Source: a virus
Taxonomy: Duplodnaviria; Heunggongvirae; Uroviricota; Caudoviricetes
Reading direction: 5' to 3' (one strand)
Length of the DNA: 42,565 nt
IMG/VR virus record: IMGVR_UViG_2654588006_000002
The position numbers were made by a program, and so were the translations under genes. Each line of letters starts with the position of its first letter. The stretch's first letter is position 1. Shown here piece by piece: positions 17,441-28,018 of this stretch. The notes under the pieces are model-generated. The model searched no databases and was not told where the DNA came from. It worked only from the letters and a program-made list of their open reading frames with translations.

Positions 17441-17974
17441 ATGAACGCAAAAATCAGATACGGCCTGTCGGCTGCCGTTCTGGCACTGATTGCCGTCGGT
17501 GCGCCCGCGCCTGATATTCTCGACCAGTTTCTGGATGAAAAAGAAGGTAACCACACAACGGCATACCGCGATGGTTCCGGCATCTGGACCATCTGTCGGG
17601 GTGCCACGATGGTGGATGGAAAACCCGTTTTTCCCGGTATGAAACTGTCGAAGGAAAAATGCGACCAGGTCAACGCCATTGAGCGTGATAAGGCGCTGGC
17701 ATGGGTGGAGCGCAATATTAAAGTACCACTGACCGAACCACAAAAAGCGGGTATCGCGTCATTTTGTCCCTATAACATTGGCCCCGGTAAGTGTTTTCCA
17801 TCGACGTTTTATAAGCGGCTGAATGCTGGTGATCGTAAGGGCGCATGCGAGGCGATTCGCTGGTGGATAAAAGATGGTGGGCGCGATTGCCGCATACGTT
17901 CAAATAACTGCTATGGACAGGTTATTCGTCGTGACCAGGAAAGCGCATTAGCCTGTTGGGGAATAGATCAGTGA
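17441..17974 (+). CDS. R: SAR endolysin (lysozyme, phage-21 R type)
   Basis: N-terminal signal-anchor-release segment [18 protein letters not shown] followed by a lysozyme-like domain ([20 protein letters not shown]...). Confidence 0.85.
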   Translation: MNAKIRYGLSAAVLALIAVGAPAPDILDQFLDEKEGNHTTAYRDGSGIWTICRGATMVDGKPVFPGMKLSKEKCDQVNAIERDKALAWVERNIKVPLTEPQKAGIASFCPYNIGPGKCFPSTFYKRLNAGDRKGACEAIRWWIKDGGRDCRIRSNNCYGQVIRRDQESALACWGIDQ

Positions 17975-18438
17975 GCAGAGTCGCCGCGATTATTTATGCT
18001 CTGGTTATCTGCATCATCGTCTGCCTGTCGTGGGCGGTCAATCATTACCGTGATAACGCCATCACCTACAAAGAACAGCGTGATAAAAAAGTCAGTGAGC
18101 TGAAGCAGCTGACCGCCACCATCGCTGACATGCAGCAGCGTCAGCGTGATGTTGCTGCGCTCGATGCAAAGTACTCGAGAGAATTAGCCAATGCGAAAGC
18201 TGAAAATGAAACTCTGCGCGCTGATGTTGCCGCTGGTCGTAAGCGCCTGCGGGTCAATGCCAGTTGCTCCGCAGCCGTGCGTGAAGCCACCGGACCCACC
18301 AGCGTGGATAATGCAACCAGCCCCAGACTGGCAGACACCGCTGAACGGGATTATTTCACCCTCAGAGAACGGTTGATGACGATGCAGAAGCAACTGGAAG
18401 GGGCACAGCTATACATTCGTGAGCAATGTCTCAGATAA
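17971..18438 (+). CDS. Rz: i-spanin Rz
   Basis: GTG start overlaps the R stop (GTGA); N-terminal TM segment [19 protein letters not shown] then coiled-coil-like sequence. Confidence 0.8.
   Translation: MSRVAAIIYALVICIIVCLSWAVNHYRDNAITYKEQRDKKVSELKQLTATIADMQQRQRDVAALDAKYSRELANAKAENETLRADVAAGRKRLRVNASCSAAVREATGPTSVDNATSPRLADTAERDYFTLRERLMTMQKQLEGAQLYIREQCLR
18191..18376 (+). CDS. Rz1: o-spanin Rz1 lipoprotein embedded in Rz (+1 frame)
   Basis: [22 protein letters not shown] lipobox; proline-rich [32 protein letters not shown] resembles lambda Rz1. Confidence 0.8.
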   Translation: MRKLKMKLCALMLPLVVSACGSMPVAPQPCVKPPDPPAWIMQPAPDWQTPLNGIISPSENG

Positions 18439-18593
18439 AAACCGGCCAAGGATAATCCGCTAAAGATTCGCCGGTGGCGAAAGAGAGCCAAGGTGTCAAC
18501 CTACGCTATTACTTATGATAATGCAACAGACGAAGCGGGACATATTGGCGCATAACAAATCAGTGCAGGCTAACTGCAGGAAGAACTTAGGGC

Positions 18594-18860
18594 GTGAACG
18601 TAGAAAACCTAAGTAACGCACATTACATCTATAACGAGATGAAAGAGCTACAGCGACAGAAAGGTATACTGGAAAGTGGTGCAGGGCTTGGTGTGACAAT
18701 CCAGTCTGCCTATCAATATAGTGCTTTTCTTGAGGCCATACGCCCGCATGCAGTTGCTGAACTTAACAGCCGTATTGAGGAAAAGAAATCCGCGCTGGTT
18801 AATTTGGGTGCTTCCTTCTCTATATACGAGCATAATAAGGCGGGTTGGAAACCCGCCTAA
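18594..18860 (+). CDS. Hypothetical protein
   Basis: 88-aa ORF with GTG start and weak RBS; convergent with the YfbU-like gene. Confidence 0.3.
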   Translation: MNVENLSNAHYIYNEMKELQRQKGILESGAGLGVTIQSAYQYSAFLEAIRPHAVAELNSRIEEKKSALVNLGASFSIYEHNKAGWKPA

Positions 18861-18865
18861 AGCAC

Positions 18866-19405
18866 TTAGAAACTGCGTGGAGCTGTGGAAAGAATGGATG
18901 CCAGTTCTTCCTTCGATAAATCCCAGCTTCGATTTACAGCGTCAATTTTCTTAAACTCATCAAGCATTGCGTTATAGAGATGTTCTGTACGTGAATGAGT
19001 ATTGGCAATGGGCTGTTTCTGTTCGGGGAAGCGATCAATTTTCTGATATGCCTCAATGATACTGAAGTAATCGCATTCATTATTACCGTCGAAACCTGGG
19101 AGCTGAATTGCCCCATCATGTATTTTTAGATGATGGTCACGGACTAATTCTTTTTGCTCGTCATCACTAAGTTTCCTGAAAGCATTGGAAAGTCCGCGAT
19201 ACATATTCAAGACAGCAGTAACAAAATCACGATCTTCTTTACTTGGTTCGTCAACATCCAAATGTGAATATTCGGCCTTGATAACCCAATCATTACCAGA
19301 TGACACAGCATATTTAACAAGCTGTGGATCAATATCAGTTTCGATACCTAGGTGGATGGCAATGTCACATAACAAAATGGTATTGATTTTATCTTTAATA
19401 TCCAT
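18866..19405 (-). CDS. YfbU-like (UPF0304 family) protein, minus-strand moron
   Basis: 179-aa ORF; segments VTAVLNMYRGLSNAF, LPGFDGNNECDYF and WDLSKEELASILST align by eye with E. coli YfbU blocks (IIDIMEMYHALHVSW, FLGFDAATEARYLGY, YHLSANEINQIINA), from memory. Confidence 0.5.
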   Translation of the reverse strand: MDIKDKINTILLCDIAIHLGIETDIDPQLVKYAVSSGNDWVIKAEYSHLDVDEPSKEDRDFVTAVLNMYRGLSNAFRKLSDDEQKELVRDHHLKIHDGAIQLPGFDGNNECDYFSIIEAYQKIDRFPEQKQPIANTHSRTEHLYNAMLDEFKKIDAVNRSWDLSKEELASILSTAPRSF

Positions 19406-19543
19406 GAGTTAACCCTCTGAAGTAAAAAGTAATATCTACACCCGTTGGCTCATGAAGTCTATTGATCTGTCTCATATCAGCAGCAAATCTATTCCATGGA
19501 GATACTCAATGCAGGTCACCTTTGATTTATATAAGGGCGAAAC

Positions 19544-19894
19544 ATGCCAGCACTAATCCCACGCGCCTGCCGTAAGCGTGGATGTGCAGGTACAACCACA
19601 GACAGTTCTGGTTACTGCGATAAACATCGTGGCGAAGGATGGGTACAGCATCAACGCGGACTGAGCCGCCACCAGCGTGGCTATGGCTCGAAATGGGATG
19701 CCATACGTGCGCGCATACTGAAGCGTGATAATCATCTGTGTCAGAACTGCCTGCGCAATGGGAGAGCCGTTGAAGCCAGAACTGTGGACCACATCATTCC
19801 GAAAGCTCATGGTGGCACGGATGCAGACAGTAACCTGCAGAGTCTGTGCTGGCCCTGTCATAAAGCAAAAACAGCGCGCGAACGCATCAATTGA
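19544..19894 (+). CDS. HNH endonuclease (terminase-associated)
   Basis: CxxC...HxxxxC...DHIIPKAHGGTDADSNLQSLCWPCHKAK HNH motif; directly upstream of the terminase small subunit. Confidence 0.85.
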   Translation: MPALIPRACRKRGCAGTTTDSSGYCDKHRGEGWVQHQRGLSRHQRGYGSKWDAIRARILKRDNHLCQNCLRNGRAVEARTVDHIIPKAHGGTDADSNLQSLCWPCHKAKTARERIN

Positions 19895-20041
19895 TAACAG
19901 CTCCCATCTGCAGGGGAGGGGCGGGTCAAATCTCTGCAACCCTGGCTGTTCAGTACCGCCGCCTGACCCTTCCTCACATCGCCGCAGGTTCGAAAACTTT
20001 TTTTGGAAATGTGAACAAACGATTGATAGGTAAGACCGATT

Positions 20042-20524
20042 ATGTCAGGACCTCCGAAAACCCCGCCACGCCTGCATTTGATACGAGGCAACCCCTCAAA
20101 GCGCCCCGTTAAAGACTCAAAAAAAACCGCTAAAAAGGATGAAAAAGGTCTCCCTAAAATTCCGCAGCATTTAGGGGCACAGGGGAAGTACTGGTTCAGG
20201 CGAATGGCGGAAGAGCTGAATGCGGAAGGGATCATTTCTCAGCTTGATGCGCGTGCACTCGAGTTGCTGGTGGAAGCCTATACCGAATATCGGCATCACT
20301 GCGAAACACTCGATGTTGAGGGGTATACCTACCGCACGGAAACGCAGAGCGGTGATGTACTGATTAAGGCGCACCCCGCGGCGGCAATGAAAGCGGATGC
20401 CTGGAAGCGGATCCGGGCAATGCTTGCAGAGTTTGGTATGTCACCGGCAAGCCGGGCTAAAGTAAATATTGCCGGACCGGATGATGTTGATCCGCTGGCG
20501 GAGCTTTTAAAAGCGAGAGACTGA
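20042..20524 (+). CDS. Terminase small subunit
   Basis: 160-aa basic N-terminal protein immediately before, and overlapping, the large terminase gene. Confidence 0.75.
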   Translation: MSGPPKTPPRLHLIRGNPSKRPVKDSKKTAKKDEKGLPKIPQHLGAQGKYWFRRMAEELNAEGIISQLDARALELLVEAYTEYRHHCETLDVEGYTYRTETQSGDVLIKAHPAAAMKADAWKRIRAMLAEFGMSPASRAKVNIAGPDDVDPLAELLKARD

Positions 20525-22281
20525 TGGCAAAAGTGGCTGACGGGATCCGCTACGCCGAACGTGTTGTTGCAGGAGAAATTGTTGCTGGCGAATTTGTCCG
20601 CCTGGCCTGCCAGCGTTTTCTTGATGATCTAAAGTACGGCGAAGAGCGGGGGATTTATTTCAGTGAACCACGTGCGCAGCACATCCTGAATTTCTACAAA
20701 TTTGTGCCTCATGTAAAAGGGGCGCTGGCAGGCCAGCCTATTGAGTTGATGGACTGGCATGTATTTATCCTCATTAATATTTTTGGTTTTGTCATTCCGC
20801 TGGTCAATGAAGAGACCGGGGAAGTTGTCATGCGCAGCGATGGCAGCGGGCGCCCGGTGATGGTGCGCCGGTTCCGGACAGCATACAACGAAGTTGCCCG
20901 TAAAAACGCAAAATCAACCCTGTCATCGGGTATCGGTCTGTATATGACGGGGGCAGATGGTGAAGGCGGTGCTGAGGTGTATTCAGCCGCAACCACGCGT
21001 GACCAGGCCAGAATCGTGTTTGAAGACGCCAAAAATATGGTCAGAAAAGCCCGGTCGACACTCGGGCGGTTGTTTGATTTCAACAAGCTGGCGATTTACC
21101 AGGAGCAGAGCGCATCAAAATTTGAACCGCTTTCTTCGGATGCAAACAACCTGGATGGTCTGAACATCCACTGCGCCATTATTGATGAGCTGCATGCACA
21201 TAAAACCCGTGACGTGTGGGACGTTCTGGAAACGGCAACCGGTGCCCGTCTGCAGTCCCTTTTATTTGGTATCACCACGGCAGGGTTTAACAAGGAAGGG
21301 ATTTGTTACGAGCAGCGTGATTATGCCATCAAGGTATTGCGTGGCTATAACAGCGACGTGGAGGGCGCTGTAAAAGACGACTCCTACTTTGCGATTATTT
21401 ACACCCTCGATGAGGGAGATGATCCGTTTGATGAAACGGTCTGGCAGAAAGCGAATCCTGGCCTGGGCATCTGTAAACGCTGGGATGATCTGCGTCGTCT
21501 GGCGAAAAAAGCGAAAGAACAGGTCTCTGCGCGGGTGAATTTTTTTACCAAACACATGAATGTGTGGGTAACAGCAGAGTCTGCCTGGATGGACATGATT
21601 AAGTGGGAGAAGTGCGAATACATTGCCCCGCGACATGAGCTGAAAACGTATCCCATGTGGGTCGGCGTTGACCTTGCTCATAAGATTGATATCTGTGCGG
21701 CGGCAAAACTCTGGCGAACGGATAACGGGCATGTTCATGCCGATTTTAAATTCTGGCTCCCGGAAGGACGGCTGGAACGATGCTCGCGGCAGCAGGCAGA
21801 ACTTTACCGGAAGTGGGCGGAGATGGATAAGCTGATTCTGACGGATGGTGATGTTATCGATCATGCTCAGATAAAAAGTGACTTACTGGAATGGATTGGT
21901 GGTGAAAACCTCAGGGAACTGGGATTTGACCCGTGGAGCGCGATGCAGTTCAGCCTAGCACTGGCTGAAGAAGGGATACCGCTGGTGGAGGTTCCGCAGA
22001 CGGTTCGCAATCTGTCAGAGGCCATGAAGGAAACGGAATCACTGGTCTATGCCGGACGTTTCCATCACAGCAATCATCCGGTCATGAACTGGATGATGTC
22101 TAACGTTACGGTAAAACCGGACAAAAACGACAATATCTTCCCGAATAAATCCACGCTGGAAGCCAAAATCGACGGCCCTGTTGCGATGTTTACAGCAATG
22201 AGCCGGATGCTGGTCAATGGTGGTGAACCGGAGCCGGATCTGTCTGAACATCTGGTCAGCGTGGGCATCCGCTCGCTTTAA
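20524..22281 (+). CDS. Terminase large subunit
   Basis: 585-aa ORF with ATPase N-terminus and nuclease C-terminus layout; start overlaps terS stop (ATGA). Confidence 0.9.
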   Translation: MAKVADGIRYAERVVAGEIVAGEFVRLACQRFLDDLKYGEERGIYFSEPRAQHILNFYKFVPHVKGALAGQPIELMDWHVFILINIFGFVIPLVNEETGEVVMRSDGSGRPVMVRRFRTAYNEVARKNAKSTLSSGIGLYMTGADGEGGAEVYSAATTRDQARIVFEDAKNMVRKARSTLGRLFDFNKLAIYQEQSASKFEPLSSDANNLDGLNIHCAIIDELHAHKTRDVWDVLETATGARLQSLLFGITTAGFNKEGICYEQRDYAIKVLRGYNSDVEGAVKDDSYFAIIYTLDEGDDPFDETVWQKANPGLGICKRWDDLRRLAKKAKEQVSARVNFFTKHMNVWVTAESAWMDMIKWEKCEYIAPRHELKTYPMWVGVDLAHKIDICAAAKLWRTDNGHVHADFKFWLPEGRLERCSRQQAELYRKWAEMDKLILTDGDVIDHAQIKSDLLEWIGGENLRELGFDPWSAMQFSLALAEEGIPLVEVPQTVRNLSEAMKETESLVYAGRFHHSNHPVMNWMMSNVTVKPDKNDNIFPNKSTLEAKIDGPVAMFTAMSRMLVNGGEPEPDLSEHLVSVGIRSL

Positions 22282-22292
22282 CCGAGGTCATT

Positions 22293-22475
22293 ATGTTTCT
22301 GATAATTCTCGCGCCACTGGTGGGCGTGCTGGGTGCGCTTTTGCTGGCGTATGGTGCCTGGCTGATTTATCCCCCGGCGGGTTTTGTTGTTGCCGGGGCG
22401 CTGTGCCTGTTCTGGTCGTGGCTGGTGGCGCGATATCTCGACCGTACACAGCCGTCTGTCGGCGGAGGTAAATAG
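22293..22475 (+). CDS. Small hydrophobic membrane protein
   Basis: 60-aa [48 protein letters not shown] with GAGGT RBS; two predicted TM segments. Confidence 0.5.
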   Translation: MFLIILAPLVGVLGALLLAYGAWLIYPPAGFVVAGALCLFWSWLVARYLDRTQPSVGGGK

Positions 22476-23716
22476 TGTTCTTTTCGGGATTATTTCAACG
22501 AAAAAGTGACGCGCCGGTGACCACGCCAGCAGAGCTGGCGGATGCTATCGGGCTGTCATACGACACCTATACCGGAAAGCAGATCAGCAGCCAGCGGGCC
22601 ATGCGACTGACGGCGGTTTTTTCCTGCGTCAGGGTGCTGGCAGAGTCGGTCGGGATGTTGCCCTGCAATCTGTATCACCTGAACGGCAGCCTGAAACAGA
22701 GAGCCACCGGCGAACGTCTGCATAAGCTGATCTCCACGCATCCCAATGGATATATGACGCCGCAGGAGTTCTGGGAGCTGGTGGTCACCTGTCTGTGCCT
22801 GAGGGGAAACTTTTACGCCTACAAAGTGAAAGCATTTGGCGAAGTGGCTGAACTGCTGCCCGTCGATCCTGGCTGTGTGGTACCGAAGCTTAACAGTAGC
22901 TGGGAGCCGGTCTATCAGGTCACATTCCCGGACGGCTCCACGGATGTACTGAGCCAGGAGGATATCTGGCATGTGCGCACGCTGACGCTGGACGGACTGG
23001 TGGGGCTGAATCCCATCGCCTATGCCCGCGAGGCAATATCGCTGGCGGCAGCGACCGAAGAGCACGGGGCCAGACTGTTCAGCAATGGTGCGGTGACGTC
23101 CGGTGTGTTGCGTACAGAGCAGACGCTGTCAGATCAGGCTTACGAGCGCCTGAAGAAAGATTTTGAGGAGCGTCACACCGGGCTTGGCAATGCTCACCGC
23201 CCGATGATCCTTGAGATGGGGCTGGACTGGAAGTCGATGGCGCTGAACGCCGAGGACAGCCAGTTCCTGGAAACCCGCAAGTTTCAGCTTGAAGAAATCT
23301 GTCGTCTGTTTCGGGTGCCGTTGCACATGGTGCAGAACACCGATCGCGCCACCTTCAACAATATCGAAGAGCTGGGGCTGGGATTTATCAACTATTCACT
23401 GGTGCCGTATCTGACCCGCATTGAGCAGCGGATCAACACCGGACTGGTACGAAAAAGTAAGCAGGGCGTTTATTACGCCAAATTTAACGCCGGGGCGTTA
23501 CTGCGCGGGGATATGAAGTCCCGTTTTGAAGCCTACGCCACCGGGATCAACTGGGGAATTTACTCTCCTAATGACTGCCGCGACCTGGAAGATATGAATC
23601 CGCGTCCCGGTGGTGATGTCTATCTCACCCCGATGAACATGACCACGAAACCCTCCGATGGCAGTAAAGCCGGTAAGCAGAAGGATAACGCCAATGCAGA
23701 CGAAACAACGTCTTGA
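22475..23716 (+). CDS. Portal protein (HK97-like)
   Basis: 413-aa ORF after terminase, GTG start with GGAGG RBS. Confidence 0.9.
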   Translation: MFFSGLFQRKSDAPVTTPAELADAIGLSYDTYTGKQISSQRAMRLTAVFSCVRVLAESVGMLPCNLYHLNGSLKQRATGERLHKLISTHPNGYMTPQEFWELVVTCLCLRGNFYAYKVKAFGEVAELLPVDPGCVVPKLNSSWEPVYQVTFPDGSTDVLSQEDIWHVRTLTLDGLVGLNPIAYAREAISLAAATEEHGARLFSNGAVTSGVLRTEQTLSDQAYERLKKDFEERHTGLGNAHRPMILEMGLDWKSMALNAEDSQFLETRKFQLEEICRLFRVPLHMVQNTDRATFNNIEELGLGFINYSLVPYLTRIEQRINTGLVRKSKQGVYYAKFNAGALLRGDMKSRFEAYATGINWGIYSPNDCRDLEDMNPRPGGDVYLTPMNMTTKPSDGSKAGKQKDNANADETTS

Positions 23717-24344
23717 TGTACCGCTGAGTCTGAAATCTGTCAGTGACTCCGGTGAGTTTGAAGGGTATGGCTCCGTCTTTGGTGTAAAGGACAGCCACGA
23801 TGATGTGGTGATGTCCGGGGCATTTGCTGCTTCCCTGCGGGCGTGGAGTGACAGAAAAGCGTTACCTGCGCTGCTCTGGCAGCACCGCATGGATGAACCC
23901 ATCGGTGTTTACACCGAAATGAAGGAAGACGATGTCGGGCTTTACGTCAGGGGACGGTTGCTTATTGATGATGATCCCCTCGCAAAACGCGCACATGCAC
24001 ACATGAAGGCCGGTTCGTTAACCGGCCTTTCTATTGGGTACGTCCTGAAAGACTGGGAATACGACCGGAGCAAAGAAGCCTTTCTGCTGAAAGAAATCGA
24101 CCTCTGGGAAGTCAGCCTGGTGACGTTCCCGTCTAACGACGAGGCGCGGATCAGCGACGTCAAGAACGCACTGGCCCGCGGGGAAATCCCCGAACAGAAA
24201 AAAATCGAAAGAGTCCTGCGTGATGTCGGACTCTCCCGTACCCAGGCCAAAGCATTCATGGCCGGGGGCTATGGCGCACTGTCCCTGCGCGACGCTGAGG
24301 ATGTGGGCTCTGCACTGAATGCACTGAAAAATCTGAACTTCTAA
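23694..24344 (+). CDS. Prohead protease (HK97 family)
   Basis: From internal Met of ORF 23658..24344 with AAGGA RBS; between portal and major capsid. Confidence 0.8.
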   Translation: MQTKQRLDVPLSLKSVSDSGEFEGYGSVFGVKDSHDDVVMSGAFAASLRAWSDRKALPALLWQHRMDEPIGVYTEMKEDDVGLYVRGRLLIDDDPLAKRAHAHMKAGSLTGLSIGYVLKDWEYDRSKEAFLLKEIDLWEVSLVTFPSNDEARISDVKNALARGEIPEQKKIERVLRDVGLSRTQAKAFMAGGYGALSLRDAEDVGSALNALKNLNF

Positions 24345-24358
24345 TCAGGAGAAATACG

Positions 24359-25564
24359 ATGGCGGTTGATATTAAAGATGTCGAACAGGTCGCGCAGGAG
24401 CTGCAGCAGAAGTTTGACGACTTCAAAGCAAAGAACGACAAGCGCGTTGAGGCGATTGAGCAGGAAAAAGGCAAACTTGCCGGGCAGGTGGAAACCCTGA
24501 ACGGAAAACTCAGCGAGCTGGAAAATCTCAAAAGCGATCTTGAAAAAGAGCTGCTTGAGCTGAAACGTCCGGCAGGTGGTGCGCAAAATAAACTGGCCAC
24601 CGAGCATAAAGAAGCGTTTGTGGGCTTCCTGCGTAAAGGCCGTGAAGATGGTCTGCGCGATCTGGAGCGTAAGGCATTACAGGTGGGCACCGATGAAGAC
24701 GGCGGCTATGCCGTGCCGGAAGAACTGGATCGCAACATTCTCAATCTGCTGAAAGATGAAGTGGTGATGCGCCAGGAAGCCACGGTGATCACCGTTGGCG
24801 GTTCCGACTACAAAAAACTGGTGAATCTGGGCGGCACGGCTTCCGGATGGGTTGGCGAGACTGACGCGCGCTCCCAGACTGCCACCTCAAAACTGGGACT
24901 GATTGAACCTTTCATGGGGGAAATCTACGGTAACCCGCAGGCCACCCAGAAAATGCTGGATGATGCTTTCTTCAACGTGGAGGCCTGGATCAACAGCGAG
25001 CTGGCAACCGAATTTGCCGAACAGGAAGAAATTGCCTTTACCACCGGCGATGGTACCAAGAAGCCGAAAGGGTTCCTGGCGTATGAGTCCACTGATGAAA
25101 CCGACAAGGTCCGGGCGTTCGGCAAACTTCAGCATATTGTATCCGGCGAAGCGACGGCAGTGACCGCAGATGCCATTATCAAACTGATTTACACGCTGCG
25201 TAAGGCACACCGCACTGGCGCGAAGTTCATGATGAACAACAACAGCCTGTTTGCCATCCGTCTGCTTAAAGACAGCGAGGGTAACTATCTGTGGCGTCCG
25301 GGGCTGGAACTGGGGCAGCCGTCCTCTCTGGCGGGTTACGGTATCGCTGAAAACGAACAGATGCCGGATATCGCCGCTGATGCGAAAGCCATTGCATTTG
25401 GTAACTTCAAACGGGGTTACACCATCGTTGACCGTATCGGCACCCGCATTCTGCGTGACCCGTACACCAATAAACCGTTTGTCGGTTTTTATACCACCAA
25501 GCGCACCGGCGGGATGCTGGTCGATTCGCAGGCCATCAAACTGCTGAAGATTGCAGCAGCGTAA
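24359..25564 (+). CDS. Major capsid protein (HK97 fold) with N-terminal coiled-coil delta domain
   Basis: 401-aa ORF; N-terminal coiled coil (QELQQKFDDFKAKNDKRVEAIEQEKGKLAG...) then capsid domain; AGGAG RBS. Confidence 0.9.
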   Translation: MAVDIKDVEQVAQELQQKFDDFKAKNDKRVEAIEQEKGKLAGQVETLNGKLSELENLKSDLEKELLELKRPAGGAQNKLATEHKEAFVGFLRKGREDGLRDLERKALQVGTDEDGGYAVPEELDRNILNLLKDEVVMRQEATVITVGGSDYKKLVNLGGTASGWVGETDARSQTATSKLGLIEPFMGEIYGNPQATQKMLDDAFFNVEAWINSELATEFAEQEEIAFTTGDGTKKPKGFLAYESTDETDKVRAFGKLQHIVSGEATAVTADAIIKLIYTLRKAHRTGAKFMMNNNSLFAIRLLKDSEGNYLWRPGLELGQPSSLAGYGIAENEQMPDIAADAKAIAFGNFKRGYTIVDRIGTRILRDPYTNKPFVGFYTTKRTGGMLVDSQAIKLLKIAAA

Positions 25565-25614
25565 TCATTCAGGGGGCGCAGAAGTGCGCCCCTGTTCTGA
25601 CAGGTGAAAGAATC

Positions 25615-25803
25615 ATGATCCTGAAACAAGATCTGAAATGGTCACCGGACGGTATGCGTGTTGAGATTATTCGGGCCGGTGAGTATGAAGATAAAGAATT
25701 ACCCGAACGGGTACGCGAAATTGCCACTGCAGCTGGGATTGTCTCTGATAAGAGAACACCTGTTGCGCGGGGGGCTGATAAGTCTAAAAAACAGCATTCA
25801 TAG
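25615..25803 (+). CDS. Hypothetical small protein
   Basis: 62-aa ORF after a GGGGCGC-AGAAGT-GCGCCCC hairpin that follows the capsid gene. Confidence 0.4.
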   Translation: MILKQDLKWSPDGMRVEIIRAGEYEDKELPERVREIATAAGIVSDKRTPVARGADKSKKQHS

Positions 25804-25814
25804 AGGTTGCCCAA

Positions 25815-26120
25815 ATGATGCCCACTCTGGAAGAGCTTCGTGTTCAGTGCCGGATTGATGATGACAATGAACAGGAGAATTCTCTTCTTATGATGTATCT
25901 GGCTGCTGCCAGGGAAGAGGCTGAAAAGTTTTTAAACCGGACGCTTTACGATGAAACTGTTTCTGAGCAGGATACGACCGGGCTTGTAATAACACCTCTG
26001 ATAAAACTGCGTCTTATGCAACTGGTTGGCTACTGGTACGAGAACAGGGAAATGCAGGATGCAGTGCCTGATTTTTTCTATACCGGACTGCGGATGTATC
26101 GATTTCATCCCGGAACATAG
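25815..26120 (+). CDS. Head-tail connector (gp6-like)
   Basis: MMPTLEELRVQCRIDDDNEQENSLL... typical N-terminus of gp6-like proteins. Confidence 0.7.
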   Translation: MMPTLEELRVQCRIDDDNEQENSLLMMYLAAAREEAEKFLNRTLYDETVSEQDTTGLVITPLIKLRLMQLVGYWYENREMQDAVPDFFYTGLRMYRFHPGT

Positions 26121-26128
26121 GAGGATTC

Positions 26129-26467
26129 ATGCAGGCAGGAAGATTACGTGATCGTGTGGTTATTCTGAATGCCACCACCGTTCGGTCTCCGTCAGGGCAC
26201 CCTGTGGAAACAATGACGGAGGGGGCAACCATATGGGCAGAAGTTAAGGGGATCAGTGGCAGGGAGAGAATATCCGGAGGCGCAGAAACTGCTCAGGCTA
26301 CAGTGAGGGTCTGGATGAGATTCCGGCGAGATGTAACAGCAACTTCATGTCTGAAAGTGCTGACTGGTGCATTCAAAGGCGCGATTCTGAGTATAGACGG
26401 TCCGCCGATACCGGATGCTCGTGCCACACGGCTTGAGATACTCTGTTCTCAGAAGGGGAATGTGTGA
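26129..26467 (+). CDS. Head closure / head-tail adaptor protein
   Basis: 112-aa ORF in the conserved position of the head-tail joining genes. Confidence 0.65.
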   Translation: MQAGRLRDRVVILNATTVRSPSGHPVETMTEGATIWAEVKGISGRERISGGAETAQATVRVWMRFRRDVTATSCLKVLTGAFKGAILSIDGPPIPDARATRLEILCSQKGNV

Positions 26468-26913
26468 TGGATTTCAGTCTTGATTTTTCAGGTCTGGCGG
26501 ATATTGCACGGGATCTGGAGACGCTCAGCAGGGCAGAAAACAATAAGGTACTGCGCGATGCCACCCGTGCCGGTGCTGAAGTTATGCGGGATGCAGTTGT
26601 TGAACGTGCGCCGGAGCGAACCGGGAAACTGAAGAAAAATGTGGTTGTTCTCACTCAGCGTTCAAAGCGTCGGGGGGAAATTATCTCGGGTGTCCACATT
26701 CGTGGACGGAACCTGCGGACCGGAAACAGTGATAACAGCATGAAAGCCAGTGATCCCCGAAATGCGTTTTACTGGCGCTTTGTGGAGCTGGGAACGATAA
26801 ACATGCCCGCGCATCCGTTCATTCGCCCGGCTTTCGATACGACAGAGGAACTGGCAGCACAGATTGCCATACAGCGAATGAATCAGGCTATTGATGAGGT
26901 CTTAAGTAAATGA
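26464..26913 (+). CDS. HK97 gp10-family tail component
   Basis: 149-aa ORF with the AHPFIRPAFD motif typical of the HK97 gp10 family. Confidence 0.7.
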   Translation: MMDFSLDFSGLADIARDLETLSRAENNKVLRDATRAGAEVMRDAVVERAPERTGKLKKNVVVLTQRSKRRGEIISGVHIRGRNLRTGNSDNSMKASDPRNAFYWRFVELGTINMPAHPFIRPAFDTTEELAAQIAIQRMNQAIDEVLSK

Positions 26914-27254
26914 GAGAGACCACACTGTATTCCCTGCTGTCTCAACTGGCCGGAGGACAGGTTTATCCTTATGTGGTCCCGCTGACGGAGGGAAAGCCTG
27001 CGGTATCTCCGCCATGGCTGGTATTTTCTGTGGTGTCTGACACTGCGTCTGATGTGCTTGATGGTCAGGCTGAATCCAGAATTACCGTGCAGATCGATGT
27101 CTGGGCAACAGTACCTGATGACGCAGATGATATCCGTGAGCAGGCGCTTGATGCGGTAAGGCAACTTGCACCCTCCGTTATTTCTAAAACTCAGGGTTAT
27201 GATCCTGATTCCCGTCTGAGCAGAGCCACGCTTGAATTTCAGGTAATAGCCTGA
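26910..27254 (+). CDS. Tail completion/terminator-like protein (DUF3168-like)
   Basis: 114-aa ORF immediately before the major tail protein. Confidence 0.6.
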   Translation: MRETTLYSLLSQLAGGQVYPYVVPLTEGKPAVSPPWLVFSVVSDTASDVLDGQAESRITVQIDVWATVPDDADDIREQALDAVRQLAPSVISKTQGYDPDSRLSRATLEFQVIA

Positions 27255-27274
27255 GGTCGTTAATGATTTTACCC

Positions 27275-27300
27275 ACCCGCCGCTGGCGGGTTTTTTATTT
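27275..27300 (+). terminator. Intrinsic terminator-like hairpin before the major tail gene
   Basis: CCCGCC-GCT-GGCGGG followed by TTTTTTATTTT. Confidence 0.5.
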
Positions 27301-27313
27301 TCAGGAGACGAGT

Positions 27314-28018
27314 ATGTCCTCTAATTTTGAGCGTTCGCAACTGACGAAAATTATGATTTCGTCTGCACCGGTAACAGCAGAAACCCTGGATTCTGCCAGC
27401 TATCTTGGTCTGAGCTGTACAATCAAAGAGGTGCAGTTTACCGCAGGACAAAAGCAGGATATTGATGTCACCACGCTGTGTTCTGTTGAGCAGGAAAATA
27501 TTAACGGTCTTGGTGCCGCGTCAGAGATTTCCATGTCAGGCAACTTTTACCTCAATGCTGCCCAGAACGCGTTGCGCAGTGCCTATGACAATGACACCAC
27601 GTATGGCTTTAAAGTTATTTTTCCGTCAGGAAACGGATTTACCTTTATGGCAGAGGTGCGTCAGCATACCTGGTCTGCAGGAACCAATGGTGTTGTGGCT
27701 GCAACGTTTTCCCTGCGCCTGAAAGGTAAACCTGTGCTGACGACAGAGCCGCTGAAAGTGAAGGTCGATTTAAACAGCACGCTGCAGGTTTCTGCCGGAG
27801 CGAAACTCGAAATGGTGGTTGAGGCTGCCGGTGGTGTGCCGCCTTATTCTTATGTCTGGAAGAAAGGTAGTTCTCCTGTTTCCGGACAGACGGCGGCAAC
27901 ATTCAGTAAGGCATCAGCAGCATCAGGTGATGCCGGTGCGTATACCTGCGAGATTTCTGATTCAGCAAGCCCTGTTAACAAGGTGACCTCCACTTCCTGC
28001 ACTGTTACCGTCAGTTAA
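27314..28018 (+). CDS. Major tail protein with C-terminal Ig-like domain
   Basis: ATG 27314 with AGGAG RBS; C-terminal segment GGVPPYSYVWKKGSSPVSGQTAATFSKASAASGDAGAYTCEISD is Ig-like. Confidence 0.8.
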   Translation: MSSNFERSQLTKIMISSAPVTAETLDSASYLGLSCTIKEVQFTAGQKQDIDVTTLCSVEQENINGLGAASEISMSGNFYLNAAQNALRSAYDNDTTYGFKVIFPSGNGFTFMAEVRQHTWSAGTNGVVAATFSLRLKGKPVLTTEPLKVKVDLNSTLQVSAGAKLEMVVEAAGGVPPYSYVWKKGSSPVSGQTAATFSKASAASGDAGAYTCEISDSASPVNKVTSTSCTVTVS

